From the NCBI GenBank assembly GCA_030431555.1, contig JAUIIP010000001.1, positions 2,062 to 66,061 of the forward strand: a stretch of DNA of 64,000 bases, read 5' to 3'. Numbering within the stretch: position 1 is the first letter of the stretch; each line of letters opens with the position of its first letter. Positions 1 through 8,816 of the stretch are shown piece after piece. The notes below the pieces were generated by a model. It was not told the DNA's origin. It saw nothing but the letters and a program-made list of their open reading frames with translations, and made no database searches. Both the position numbers and the translations under genes were made by a program. Origin of the DNA: a bacterium. GTDB taxonomy: Bacteria; Bdellovibrionota_C; UBA2361; SZUA-149; JAGRAN01.

Positions 1-56
1 GTGAGTCGGTCCGACTAGGTTTACTCTTTGCTGCCTTTACATTCCTGCTCACCCTG

Positions 57-1421
57 TTGAGCCTTATGCAGTATATCCCGCAGTTGGATTTGCAGATTGA
101 CCAGGAAGTGGCGGCGGCTACTCTAGGAATGTGCTCTGCGCATTTTCAGCGAACTCCTCCCAACTTAGCGGTTACCATTTTCACCTTATCAACTGCTTTT
201 GTGCTCTGGCCAACAACGCTGAGACACCCTGACCGTTTGTTCCTCGCAGCTTTCATAACTTTAATCGGCATGTCGATAGCTGTGATAACGCTTTATGGGC
301 ACGTAATCGATGCGGAGACAGCCTTCGGCTGGGGGCAGTATACCAGCGCATCTCCCCATTCCGCCTCTCTTTCACTGCTGGTAGGACTCGGATTTCTTTT
401 TCTAGTTTGGGAAGAGGTCGCGATCGATCAGGCACGCTTCAAACGCCTGTGGCGTTCGCTGATGCTTTTCTCCGTATCCTGGGTGCTCCTGATGTCACTG
501 CTGTCAGCGGCGATTGGCATCTGGCCGCTTGCTGAGCGCTTGTCCGAGATTCAACTCGGCACGGCATCTGTGACTTACGCGCTGAGCAGCCATATCTCTC
601 AAGTTGTGATAGCATCCACACTGATTGCGCTGTTCGGTTCGTCCGTACTGTTTTTGTTTTTGAGAATTTTCTACAAGCATTTTCTTAGGCTGCAGGGAAT
701 GATCGTGTCCTCAGCGAGCAAGCTTAGCGCAGAACTTGAGGCACGCACCAAATCGGAAATGCGGTTGGCCGCAGCTCTGTTGGAAAAGGAGACCCTGATC
801 CAAGAAGTCCACCACCGCGTAAACAATAACCTACAGGTTATTGCAAGTATGGTGAGGATGCAGTTAAGACGAACGCCTTCCGAGGCGACAAAGGATCAGT
901 TATCCGACACATATCGTCGGGTCCAATCTCTTTCACTTCTGCACCAGCTTATTTACCGATCTGACCGCTTGAGCGAGATCTCAGCTCAGGACTATTTTAA
1001 GGAAATCGGGGAAAGCGTTGTTGCAATTGATGAGTCAGGCCGGAATTTTCCAATATCCGTCAGCGCAGAAGATTTGTATCTATCACCTGATCAGGCCCTT
1101 CCGTGTGGGCTGATTGTTAGTGAGCTAATCGCCAATTCTGTACAACACGGCTTCCCTCAAGACGGAAACGGAAATGGGAACGTCACTTCAAAGCCTACGA
1201 TCTACGTCAAGGCAGATGTAAATGGAGAAAGCATAAGTTTGGTTGTAGGTGACAACGGTGTAGGATTCGAAACACCGGTTAGTCAGGAGAACCCTAGGAC
1301 GCTTGGTATGCGCCTTGTCAATATGATGGCGGCGCAGCTAGATGGAAGCATTAGCTGGGAAGGAAGCGGCGGCACCGTTTGCAAGATTTCATTTAACAGG
1401 GAGCATTCAGCAGATGAATAA
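57..1421 (+). CDS. Membrane-associated sensor histidine kinase (HisKA_2-type dimerisation/phosphoacceptor + HATPase_c); possibly 5'-partial because there is no in-frame stop upstream within the window
   Basis: N-terminal ~6 hydrophobic TM segments; HisKA_2-like H-box 'EVHHRVNNNLQVIASMV'; ATPase G-box-like 'VGDNGVGF' and 'SELIANSVQHGF' near the C-terminus; TTG start at 57 and ATG at 66. Confidence 0.8.
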   Translation: MSLMQYIPQLDLQIDQEVAAATLGMCSAHFQRTPPNLAVTIFTLSTAFVLWPTTLRHPDRLFLAAFITLIGMSIAVITLYGHVIDAETAFGWGQYTSASPHSASLSLLVGLGFLFLVWEEVAIDQARFKRLWRSLMLFSVSWVLLMSLLSAAIGIWPLAERLSEIQLGTASVTYALSSHISQVVIASTLIALFGSSVLFLFLRIFYKHFLRLQGMIVSSASKLSAELEARTKSEMRLAAALLEKETLIQEVHHRVNNNLQVIASMVRMQLRRTPSEATKDQLSDTYRRVQSLSLLHQLIYRSDRLSEISAQDYFKEIGESVVAIDESGRNFPISVSAEDLYLSPDQALPCGLIVSELIANSVQHGFPQDGNGNGNVTSKPTIYVKADVNGESISLVVGDNGVGFETPVSQENPRTLGMRLVNMMAAQLDGSISWEGSGGTVCKISFNREHSADE

Positions 1422-2550
1422 AACAAATTCAGTTCGTATTCTGATAGTGGAAGACGAGGCCGTGATCGCCGCAGACATCCAAGAGCTTCTTCAAGAGATG
1501 GGATACTCTACTTTGGGCCCGTGCGCCTCAGCGGAGGCAGCACTCGATCTACTGAAAAGCGAAACCCCATCGCTGGTCATGATGGATATACGCCTAAAAG
1601 GGGAAATGGACGGCATCGAAGCAGCCGAGATAATACGGGATGAACATTCTATCCCGTTAATATTTGTAACAGCGCACGCAGATGAGGCCACACTAGAGCG
1701 AGCCAAGGTTACAGAGCCTTACGGTTATGTCCTAAAACCCTTTAAAGAGCTCGAACTGCGTGCGGCTGTGGAGTTAGCCCTGCACAGAGCAGGGCCGTCA
1801 TCCAGAGGTAAAGCCGCCGCAGAGGGCCCGGATGCTGATGATGGCGCTGCATCTGCCGAAACTGACCCTAGGGCCGTGAAAGCACTGGAAGCCCTAGAGT
1901 TTTTTGCGGACGCTCCGAAAAAGGATATTGCGCGAATAGCGGCGGGTAGTCGAATCGTAGAGCTGTCGCAAGGCAGCTTTCTAAACTCGGAGGGCGACGA
2001 AGCAAACAGCGGGTTCCTAGTCCTAGAAGGCAGGATCGCGATGGTCAAAAGCTCGGTCAGCGGAAAAGAGCTAATCGTCGAATTGCTCGCACCCGGCGAC
2101 CCGTTTGGACTTATGCTGGCCATCAGTCCCGAACCATACGCCGCGGCGGTAAAAGCACAGACAAAGACGACCATCTTGAGAATAAGCAAGCACAAAATTC
2201 TACGTTTTTTGGATGCACATCCGGAGATCAGTAGAGCGTTTCTCGAGCAAGTCTTTCAGCGGCTTAGAAACTCTCACGACATCTCACGCGCGCTGGCCCA
2301 TGACCGTGTCGAAGTTCGAATCGCTGCTTCGCTACTGTCGCTTGCACCTAAGTTCGCGAGAAACAACGGCAGTGCACCAGAGATTCCGATGACTCGCCAG
2401 GAAATAGCGGATCTCGTGGGCTCTACTCCTGAAACCGTTATCCGCGTTACCAAGGACATGGAAAGAGAGGGAATTCTTAATTTAGAACAGAGCGGCAGAA
2501 TTCAGCTTGTAGATGTTGAACGCCTAAGCTCCATTGCAGAGGACATGTAA
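1414..2550 (+). CDS. Response regulator with receiver domain fused to a cNMP-binding (CAP-family) effector domain and a Crp/Fnr-type C-terminal HTH
   Basis: REC motif 'VRILIVEDEAVIAADI...LVMMDIRLKGEMDG...VTAHAD...KPF'; cNMP-binding signature 'GDPFGLMLAIS' after a low-complexity linker; C-terminal 'TRQEIADLVGSTPETVIRVTKDMEREGIL' HTH; ATG at 1414 overlaps the kinase stop by 8 nt, suggesting translational coupling. Confidence 0.8.
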   Translation: MNKTNSVRILIVEDEAVIAADIQELLQEMGYSTLGPCASAEAALDLLKSETPSLVMMDIRLKGEMDGIEAAEIIRDEHSIPLIFVTAHADEATLERAKVTEPYGYVLKPFKELELRAAVELALHRAGPSSRGKAAAEGPDADDGAASAETDPRAVKALEALEFFADAPKKDIARIAAGSRIVELSQGSFLNSEGDEANSGFLVLEGRIAMVKSSVSGKELIVELLAPGDPFGLMLAISPEPYAAAVKAQTKTTILRISKHKILRFLDAHPEISRAFLEQVFQRLRNSHDISRALAHDRVEVRIAASLLSLAPKFARNNGSAPEIPMTRQEIADLVGSTPETVIRVTKDMEREGILNLEQSGRIQLVDVERLSSIAEDM

Positions 2551-3732
2551 GTGAAACTAGCTTCACCAGTCTCAAGTATGTGTGCAGTCCTACGGCACTC
2601 GACATTGATTTGCCTGCTTTGCTGCAGCGCGTTCGCTGAAAGCGGCAAGACCAACATCGAGAAGGAGATGAGAGATATAAATACGGTCTATTTAGACCTT
2701 CGGCCTATTCTCCTTTCGCCAAATGCACTGGCTGACCCCAAAGTTAAAGAACGCGTTGAGCGAGATGTCCGGCGAATTGCTAATGAGTTCCATGCGGTTC
2801 GAAAGCAGGATAAACGATGGGACAATGACCCGGGATACCAGGCCAGCTTAAAGCTCATGCGAGACACGCTTCGCGATGTAGCCGGCCGGATAAGAGGCGG
2901 CCATACAGAGTACGTGCGCTGGCGTCTGTTGTCGCTGGAATCGCACTGCATCAGCTGTCATACGCGGTTTGAGCTAGTCGACCCTTTTCCACAAAACTAC
3001 AGCTTACCGGAGGGAATGAGCCGATTCGAAAAGGCAACAGCTTTGCTGGCGATGGGGGCGTACGCTCGAGCGGAGAAAGCACTAGTTGACGCAAGCCTCG
3101 TTCCGACGGATGACCAAACACCGATTGAGTCAATGCGTGCGCTGCTGACGCTGTATGTGCGGGTGCTAAAGGACCCGGTAAAAGCAATTGCGACTTTCAA
3201 AGATATCGAATCAAAACTAAAGCTTTCACACGATCAGTCTGTAGAGATGCACTCTTGGATCTCAAGTCTGGAGAAATGGAAGCCGTCTAGTGCCAAACTA
3301 GACACCAAGTCTGCGCAGGAACGCTTAGAGACCGCCCGCCATCTATTGAAGCAGGCGGGCATCTACATGCCACTTAGATCACGTTCCACTCCGGTTGATC
3401 AATACAGTAATCACGCAGTAGAACTCTTAAGAGCAACCTCTATCCTGCACGAGGTTTTGACTAAAGAAAAACTGCCCCCCGCAGAAGCGCAGGAAGCGGA
3501 TTTTATGCTTCCATTAGCATACGATTCCCTCGATCAGTTTTTTCCTTGGGAGTATACTCAGTATTTGTATGAAAAGTGCATCCGCAGGCACCCGAAAGGC
3601 ACATATGCGGAGAAATGTTTCAATCGCTGGAACGACCTATTAACGCTCCGGTCATCGGGAAGTTCCGGGGTCATGTTATCAGAGGCGGACAAGAGAAAAG
3701 CAGCGAAACTTAAAAAACTGGCGGGGATCTAA
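2551..3732 (+). CDS. Secreted protein with a single CxxCH (c-type haem-binding) motif, helical/TPR-like; function unknown
   Basis: GTG start immediately after the response-regulator stop; signal peptide 'LICLLCCSAFA'; motif 'SHCISCHTRF'; no other recognisable domain. Confidence 0.5.
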   Translation: MKLASPVSSMCAVLRHSTLICLLCCSAFAESGKTNIEKEMRDINTVYLDLRPILLSPNALADPKVKERVERDVRRIANEFHAVRKQDKRWDNDPGYQASLKLMRDTLRDVAGRIRGGHTEYVRWRLLSLESHCISCHTRFELVDPFPQNYSLPEGMSRFEKATALLAMGAYARAEKALVDASLVPTDDQTPIESMRALLTLYVRVLKDPVKAIATFKDIESKLKLSHDQSVEMHSWISSLEKWKPSSAKLDTKSAQERLETARHLLKQAGIYMPLRSRSTPVDQYSNHAVELLRATSILHEVLTKEKLPPAEAQEADFMLPLAYDSLDQFFPWEYTQYLYEKCIRRHPKGTYAEKCFNRWNDLLTLRSSGSSGVMLSEADKRKAAKLKKLAGI

Positions 3733-3784
3733 AATACCGGCAGCCCAGAAGGCTGCCGGTGCGCAGTGGCAGAAGAACGCACGC

Positions 3785-3988
3785 TTAGTGCTTGCAGGTA
3801 GTACAAAAGCTGTCGATTTCTTTCTCCGCTCGGTCCTTGGCATAGCCGTAGCGCTCCTGGAGTTTACCAGCCAGCACTTCACGCTTGCCGTCGATTTGGT
3901 CCAGTTCGTCGTCAGTGAGCTTGCCCCACTTATCTTGAACTTTTCCTTTAAACTGCTTCCAATTTCCTTCGACTTGTTCCCAGTTCAT
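3785..3988 (-). CDS. csbD: CsbD-family general stress protein
   Basis: 67 aa; 'MNWEQVEGNWKQFKGKVQDKWGKLTDDELDQIDGKREVLAGKLQERYGYAKDRAEKEIDSF' is a near-textbook CsbD sequence. Confidence 0.85.
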   Translation of the reverse strand: MNWEQVEGNWKQFKGKVQDKWGKLTDDELDQIDGKREVLAGKLQERYGYAKDRAEKEIDSFCTTCKH

Positions 3989-4091
3989 TTGGTCTCTCCT
4001 TAATTTGAGCGCGCGGCTCGTTCATTAACAGAATACTACTCATATCTCACACCGCTCACCTGGCCCTCCATGACGCCGGTCATAAGCAGGG

Positions 4092-4853
4092 TCACGGTTG
4101 CTCATCGGTAGAGGTCTCCACCTCAACATACAGCGGTAAGTGATCAGACAGCGAACGCCAAGCTTTGTCATCCAACACTTCTGCATTAACAACTTTAACA
4201 CCGCGACCATAAATGCGATCGATGCTCAGAATGGGCCAAAAGGAAGGAAAGGTTTTGGGTCGTCTGCGATGTAGGCAGTAATAAAATTCTTCAGCCTGGA
4301 GCGTTGAGCTCAGTAGCGGTCCGCCAACGCATAACCAGTCATTAAAATCCCCAGCTAAAATAAATGGCGCTCGGCTATCAACTAGGCGTGAAATTTTCTT
4401 CGATATTTGACGGAACTGCTTTCGTCTTTCCCAAATGGAGAGCCCTAAATGTGTACAGAAGCAGTCCAAGTGCCGCTCCCGAGAGGTTAACTCTATTTTC
4501 GCGTGGAGCAACCCGCGTTTCTCCAGCGCATGACTGGTGGATATATCGATATTACGTTGCTGAGCTATGGGATGCTTGCTTATCAAGGCGTTCCCGTGGT
4601 GCCCTGAATCGTAAACGGCGTTGCGCCCGTAGGAATAATGAGGCCACAATTCATCAGCAAGAAACTCGAGCTGTGCCTCGACAGTTTGCGAACCACCGTC
4701 CCTTGACTCTCGCACGTCGGAGCCAACCACTTCCTGCAAGAAAACTAGGTCAGCATCCACGTGGCGGATTCGTTCGCGCAGTCTCTCCAGTATAAGCTCG
4801 TTGCTGCGCAAACGTTTCCCCTTGTGAATATTGTAAGTCAGCATTTTGAGCAT
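4092..4853 (-). CDS. Endonuclease/exonuclease/phosphatase (EEP) family protein
   Basis: 'MLTYNIHKG' N-terminal motif; 'DADLVFLQEV'; C-terminal 'SDHLPLYVEV' catalytic motif typical of the EEP fold. Confidence 0.8.
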   Translation of the reverse strand: MLKMLTYNIHKGKRLRSNELILERLRERIRHVDADLVFLQEVVGSDVRESRDGGSQTVEAQLEFLADELWPHYSYGRNAVYDSGHHGNALISKHPIAQQRNIDISTSHALEKRGLLHAKIELTSRERHLDCFCTHLGLSIWERRKQFRQISKKISRLVDSRAPFILAGDFNDWLCVGGPLLSSTLQAEEFYYCLHRRRPKTFPSFWPILSIDRIYGRGVKVVNAEVLDDKAWRSLSDHLPLYVEVETSTDEQP

Positions 4854-4938
4854 GATTTTACGGTAGATCGCATCAGTTGGGCCGGCGTATGAGCAGTGTC
4901 ATGCTCCGTGCGCCTAACCTCATTTAAACTGGACAAGC

Positions 4939-5445
4939 ATGAGCACCACCCCCGCAGCATTTTCCGGTGAAACGCAGATAGCGGATCGAAACGATCGCAA
5001 TTCCGCACTTCGGCGCTTTGCGGTATTGCTCGACAGTCAGTTTACCATCCCCGGGACAAAGTTCAGTCTCGGACTGGACTCAATAATCGGCCTCGTCCCT
5101 GTTGCCGGCGACGCTGTAGGTGCACTTATATCAGCCGGAATTTTGATTCACGCTGCCCGCAACGGAGCACGCAAGCGCACTCTCGTAAGAATGGCAAAGA
5201 ACATACTAGTCGACGGCGCCGTTGGAGCAGTTCCGCTTTTAGGAGACTTTTTTGACATGCGCTGGAAGGCAAATGTGCGCAATATTGACCTGCTAACGCA
5301 GGACCTACAAACTCAGAACATGCCCGTGGGCAGGAGCCCGCGCCAAGTTGCTGGACTATTTATAACTGCGCTGCTCTGCACCCTATTTTTAGCACTTGGC
5401 CTCTTTCTCTGGCTGCTGATGCAGGCTCTGAAGGCAATTTTCTGA
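4939..5445 (+). CDS. DUF4112-domain membrane protein
   Basis: 'FAVLLDSQFTIPGTKFSLGLDSIIGLVPVAGDAVGALIS...ILVDGAVGAVPLLGDFFDMRWKAN' matches the DUF4112 core; C-terminal TM helix. Confidence 0.7.
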   Translation: MSTTPAAFSGETQIADRNDRNSALRRFAVLLDSQFTIPGTKFSLGLDSIIGLVPVAGDAVGALISAGILIHAARNGARKRTLVRMAKNILVDGAVGAVPLLGDFFDMRWKANVRNIDLLTQDLQTQNMPVGRSPRQVAGLFITALLCTLFLALGLFLWLLMQALKAIF

Positions 5446-5540
5446 GGTGAATAACTCAAAGTTGCTGCGGCAGCAGGCAGTCCCGATCCCTCCTCTTAGA
5501 TTGAACAGGCAACTACCTGCTGCCAAGTGCATAGAAGAAT

Positions 5541-6095
5541 CTATAGCTCTTCCTCGATAGAATCCTCGGCTGAATCAGCTTCCTCGTCAATTGAATCCTC
5601 AGCGGAATCCGCTTCCTCATCAATCGAGTCCTCTGCGGAGTCCGCCTCGTCTTCCACTTCTTCGCCTATTTCATTTATTTCATCAGCGATTGTGTCGAAG
5701 TCATTCTCACGCACACTAGCAACAAACAGCGTACCGTCGTCTTGGATTATAAAATCTACTATGACTTCATCAGACTTATCGTCCAAGCCGGAGATCTCTG
5801 TTGCAGCTTCCGCTCCCGCATAAGCGACAGTAAAGACGACTGTTCCACCTTGGTATGTGTCGTCACCGACGTTAAAGTTCCAGTTTCCGTTTATGTCGGT
5901 AAAGCTACACTGGCTGAGAGCGCAAACCTGTGCGTCAGCCACAGCCACTTTCGGCCCAAAGAACGCACTTTGATCTCCGACAGTCTGAACGGTGCCTTTA
6001 AATTCAACATCATCGTCCGACGAGCCGCCGCAAGCGACTAAGCCCAAAGCGCCGACAATAAATACCGCTTTAAAAAATTTGTTGTCACGAAACAT
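5541..6095 (-). CDS. Lipoprotein with a C-terminal acidic tandem repeat (EEADSAEDSID x3); the N-terminal part is a beta-rich domain of unknown function
   Basis: Lipobox 'LGLVACGG'; three copies of an 11-aa acidic repeat encoded by ~33-bp DNA repeats. Confidence 0.6.
   Translation of the reverse strand: MFRDNKFFKAVFIVGALGLVACGGSSDDDVEFKGTVQTVGDQSAFFGPKVAVADAQVCALSQCSFTDINGNWNFNVGDDTYQGGTVVFTVAYAGAEAATEISGLDDKSDEVIVDFIIQDDGTLFVASVRENDFDTIADEINEIGEEVEDEADSAEDSIDEEADSAEDSIDEEADSAEDSIEEEL
5555..5655. repeat. Three imperfect tandem ~33-bp repeats encoding the acidic EEADSAEDSID repeat
   Basis: 'tcgatagaatcctcggctgaatcagcttcctcg' / 'tcaattgaatcctcagcggaatccgcttcctca' / 'tcaatcgagtcctctgcggagtccgcctcgtct' are visible directly in the sequence. 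Confidence 0.7.
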
Positions 6096-6132
6096 TTTTC
6101 GATCGTCCTCGTTTAGCTATACAAGTAATCAA

Positions 6133-6411
6133 TTAACTGTCATCGTCATCAGTCTTGTCGATTTCATTCCCGATAACACCGCCTGCGACTGCTCCCGCGG
6201 CACCCCCAATTACGGCCCCCGCACCCGTATTGCCGGACTGACTCCCTGCTAAAGCACCAAGTGCCGCACCTCCGGCTCCGCCGGCAACCGCTCCTCGTTC
6301 CGTTCTATTCCAGTCTTCCGGCTTCTTAATGCTGCCGTCGGAACATGCAGCAGCTAACAGCAGCGCCAGCAACAGTGGTGTGACGTGAATGTATCGCTTA
6401 GAAATGAACAT
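6133..6411 (-). CDS. OsmB-like glycine-zipper outer-membrane lipoprotein
   Basis: Lipobox 'LLAAACSDG'; Gly-zipper 'GAVAGGAGGAALGALAGS...GAGAVIGGAAGAVAGGVIG'; acidic tail DDDDS. Confidence 0.65.
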   Translation of the reverse strand: MFISKRYIHVTPLLLALLLAAACSDGSIKKPEDWNRTERGAVAGGAGGAALGALAGSQSGNTGAGAVIGGAAGAVAGGVIGNEIDKTDDDDS

Positions 6412-6623
6412 CGTCTTACCCTCCCGTGCAGTTCGTTAATCGAGTCTTAAAGGCATCGATTCGGCTTGCACTAGTTTGTCAATTTTCATTCATGCTTGAG
6501 GAACGTAGATTAACCAGCGGAACTCTCCGTTTACATGATAGCAATCATACTTCCCCCCTGGTCGGGCCGTGTAAGCTCCCAATAAGAATAATATGTTGGC
6601 ACTTTTTTAGTGTGGAGGAATCA

Positions 6624-7127
6624 ATGAACCTGGACAGTCTGAAAAAACTATACATTCACGAACTAAAAGATCTTTACAGCGTAGAGAAGCAAATTTGCGA
6701 CTCGCTTCCTAAAATGATCGACAACGCTACCGATGCTTCTTTGAAAAAAGCCCTGAGCAACCACCTCAAGGAAACTGAAAATCAGCGGAAACGCATTGAG
6801 AAGATCATGGAAAACCACAAGTTCTCCCCGGGCGGTCATAAGTGCAAAGGCATCGAAGGAATCATAAAAGAAGCTGAAGAGGTCCTCGACGAAGTAGAAG
6901 GCGAGGAAGCCAAAGATGCTGCTATTATTTCCATGTGCCAACGCGTTGAGCACTACGAAATGGCGGGCTACGGCACAGCGCGAGCATTTGCTGAGCAGCT
7001 TTCACTGTATGACGAAGCTGACGAACTAATCAAAAGCTTAAATGAAGAGTCAGCAGCTGATCACAAACTGGCCACCCTGGCGTGGCGGAAGGTTAATGCC
7101 CTAGCCCAGGACGCTATGCGTAACTAG
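6624..7127 (+). CDS. Ferritin-like domain protein, YciE/YciF (DUF892) family
   Basis: ATG at 6624 preceded by GGAGG; 'LKKLYIHELKDLYSVEKQICDSLPKMIDNATDASLKKALSNHLKETENQRKRIEKI' matches DUF892; the long upstream ORF extension (6426) is unlikely to be real. Confidence 0.75.
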   Translation: MNLDSLKKLYIHELKDLYSVEKQICDSLPKMIDNATDASLKKALSNHLKETENQRKRIEKIMENHKFSPGGHKCKGIEGIIKEAEEVLDEVEGEEAKDAAIISMCQRVEHYEMAGYGTARAFAEQLSLYDEADELIKSLNEESAADHKLATLAWRKVNALAQDAMRN

Positions 7128-7268
7128 GCGGAGTGTGATCATTTAGTGCCGGCGAGCCACCTAGCTTCCTCGCCGGCACTAAAATTTAGACTCCGAAGCA
7201 GGCAATCTCACCAATAAGCACCAGCTGACGTTAGCCGAAGATCACGCTGTTAATTCTGGAAACTGAAA

Positions 7269-7670
7269 CTAATATAATTTCTGAAGTGCGAAGAATACCG
7301 TAACTTCCTTGGATTCAATCTCGGAAAGCCAGGAGAGATCGTCGTCCTCGAAGGGCCCTTGAATCAAAACTACATTTCCGTGCGCCTGATCCATCAGGCC
7401 AATGAAACAATCCTCACGGCCAGGTTCAAATTCCGCCTCAGCCACCATATCGTCCGGGCTAACCAGCAGTGACAAAGTGTCTATCTCTTCGGACAATCGT
7501 CCTCTTTCCGGCTCTGCAACAAAGTCACCACTACTAACCGCCTTGTTCACCAGATGATCGGGGATATGCTCGGTCCACTGCACTGTAAGATGTGAATTAG
7601 CCGGCAAACGGGTCCATTTGCGTGAGCCTAGGCGCTCGTATTGATCATGGGTAGCTGGTGGAATTCTCAT
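7269..7670 (-). CDS. Hypothetical protein (133 aa), acidic, with no recognisable domain
   Basis: Intact ORF with non-repetitive amino-acid composition; no motif recognised. Confidence 0.45.
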   Translation of the reverse strand: MRIPPATHDQYERLGSRKWTRLPANSHLTVQWTEHIPDHLVNKAVSSGDFVAEPERGRLSEEIDTLSLLVSPDDMVAEAEFEPGREDCFIGLMDQAHGNVVLIQGPFEDDDLSWLSEIESKEVTVFFALQKLY

Positions 7671-7814
7671 AATAGCTGAAGCTTACGACAACCGATTAGT
7701 TGGTCCTATGACCAAGATCATTCCCTTAGCCCTTTTCACGACCCATACTTAAACCTGAATAGTTTTATCCGAAACTTCACCGGCAAACAGAGCCTATAGA
7801 CTTAAGTTAGGAGA

Positions 7815-8729
7815 ATGGCCCAAAACGACCCTGCGTCTCTGAGCATCGAAGGCGTCGCTAAGACCCTGCACACGACTCTGCTTGATATGTGGACCAGTTT
7901 TATTGAGCACAGCCCCCTGCTGATCAGCGGAGTGGTAATCATTATCCTCACCTGGCTGATCAACCTTGGTGTCAAAAAGTCCTCCTCACGCATCTTAGCA
8001 AAATTCAATCTGAGGTATTCACTCGAGGTTGTGCTGACCCGTCTTTTGTCAATTGCCGTTTGGGTGAGCGGGCTGCTCATTGCAGCAGTAGTTGTTTTCC
8101 CCGGCCTCACACCCACCAAAGCACTGGGCGGCTTGGGCGTAGTTTCGATGGCGGTCGGCTTCGCATTCAAGGACATTTTTGAGAATTTCTTTGCCGGCTT
8201 GCTGCTACTTTGGAAATTCCCTTTCGAACCGCACGACGTGATCGAATGCGAAGATATTTCCGGGACAGTTGAAGACGTTACCTTGCGCATGACCGAAATT
8301 AGAACACTGGACGGCGAATTGATTGTCGTACCCAACTCCTTTCTATTCAAAAATCCGGTCGAAATTTATACCAACCCGGCTAAACGCCGCATTAGTTTGA
8401 CATGCGGCGTAGCGTACGAAGCGGATGTCGACCAGGCATGCGATGTTATTAGAGAGGCGATTTCTTCGTGCGACTCTGTTGACCAACAAAAGGAAATTCA
8501 TGTCCTCCCCTGCGCCTTTGGACCTAGCAGCATAGACATCGACCTGAAGTGGTGGGCAGCTGCCGAACCGATCAAGCAGCTGCAATCGAAAGGAGAGGTA
8601 ATAAGCTCAGTAAAGGCTGCGCTAGACTCAAACGAAATCTCGATTCCATTTCCACAGCGAAGCCTGCAGTTCAAAGGCCCGCTTCGCTTGGAGCGAGACG
8701 CTGCTGAGTCCACACCGCAGCAGGAGTAG
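7815..8729 (+). CDS. mscS: Small-conductance mechanosensitive channel (MscS family)
   Basis: TM helices followed by 'GGLGVVSMAVGFAFKDIFENFFAGLLLLW...DGELIVVPNSFLF', the MscS pore helix and beta-domain signature. Confidence 0.85.
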   Translation: MAQNDPASLSIEGVAKTLHTTLLDMWTSFIEHSPLLISGVVIIILTWLINLGVKKSSSRILAKFNLRYSLEVVLTRLLSIAVWVSGLLIAAVVVFPGLTPTKALGGLGVVSMAVGFAFKDIFENFFAGLLLLWKFPFEPHDVIECEDISGTVEDVTLRMTEIRTLDGELIVVPNSFLFKNPVEIYTNPAKRRISLTCGVAYEADVDQACDVIREAISSCDSVDQQKEIHVLPCAFGPSSIDIDLKWWAAAEPIKQLQSKGEVISSVKAALDSNEISIPFPQRSLQFKGPLRLERDAAESTPQQE

Positions 8730-8816
8730 TAATCCGAAAAACACCCGCCGCAGCAATGGCGCGACGGGTGAGAGAGTATGGATTTTTTGCTATTAAGTTG
8801 TTGGGTTCAATAAGAT

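Noticed and set aside
4364-4795. 143-aa plus-strand ORF
   Set aside because: Lies entirely within and antisense to the well-supported EEP-family gene; Arg-rich with no motifs.
5555-5655. Tandem ~33-bp direct repeats considered as a possible CRISPR array
   Set aside because: Only three imperfect, contiguous repeats with no spacers, lying inside a coding region and encoding an in-frame peptide repeat; no cas genes.
5527-5823. 98-aa plus-strand ORF with SSIESSAESAS repeats
   Set aside because: It is the antisense reading of the acidic tandem repeat in the minus-strand lipoprotein gene 5541-6095; the low-complexity translation is a repeat artefact.
6426-6623. Long N-terminal extension of the YciE-like ORF from 6426
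   Set aside because: The extension has no homology; a strong RBS plus ATG at 6624 begins exactly at the conserved start of the DUF892 family.
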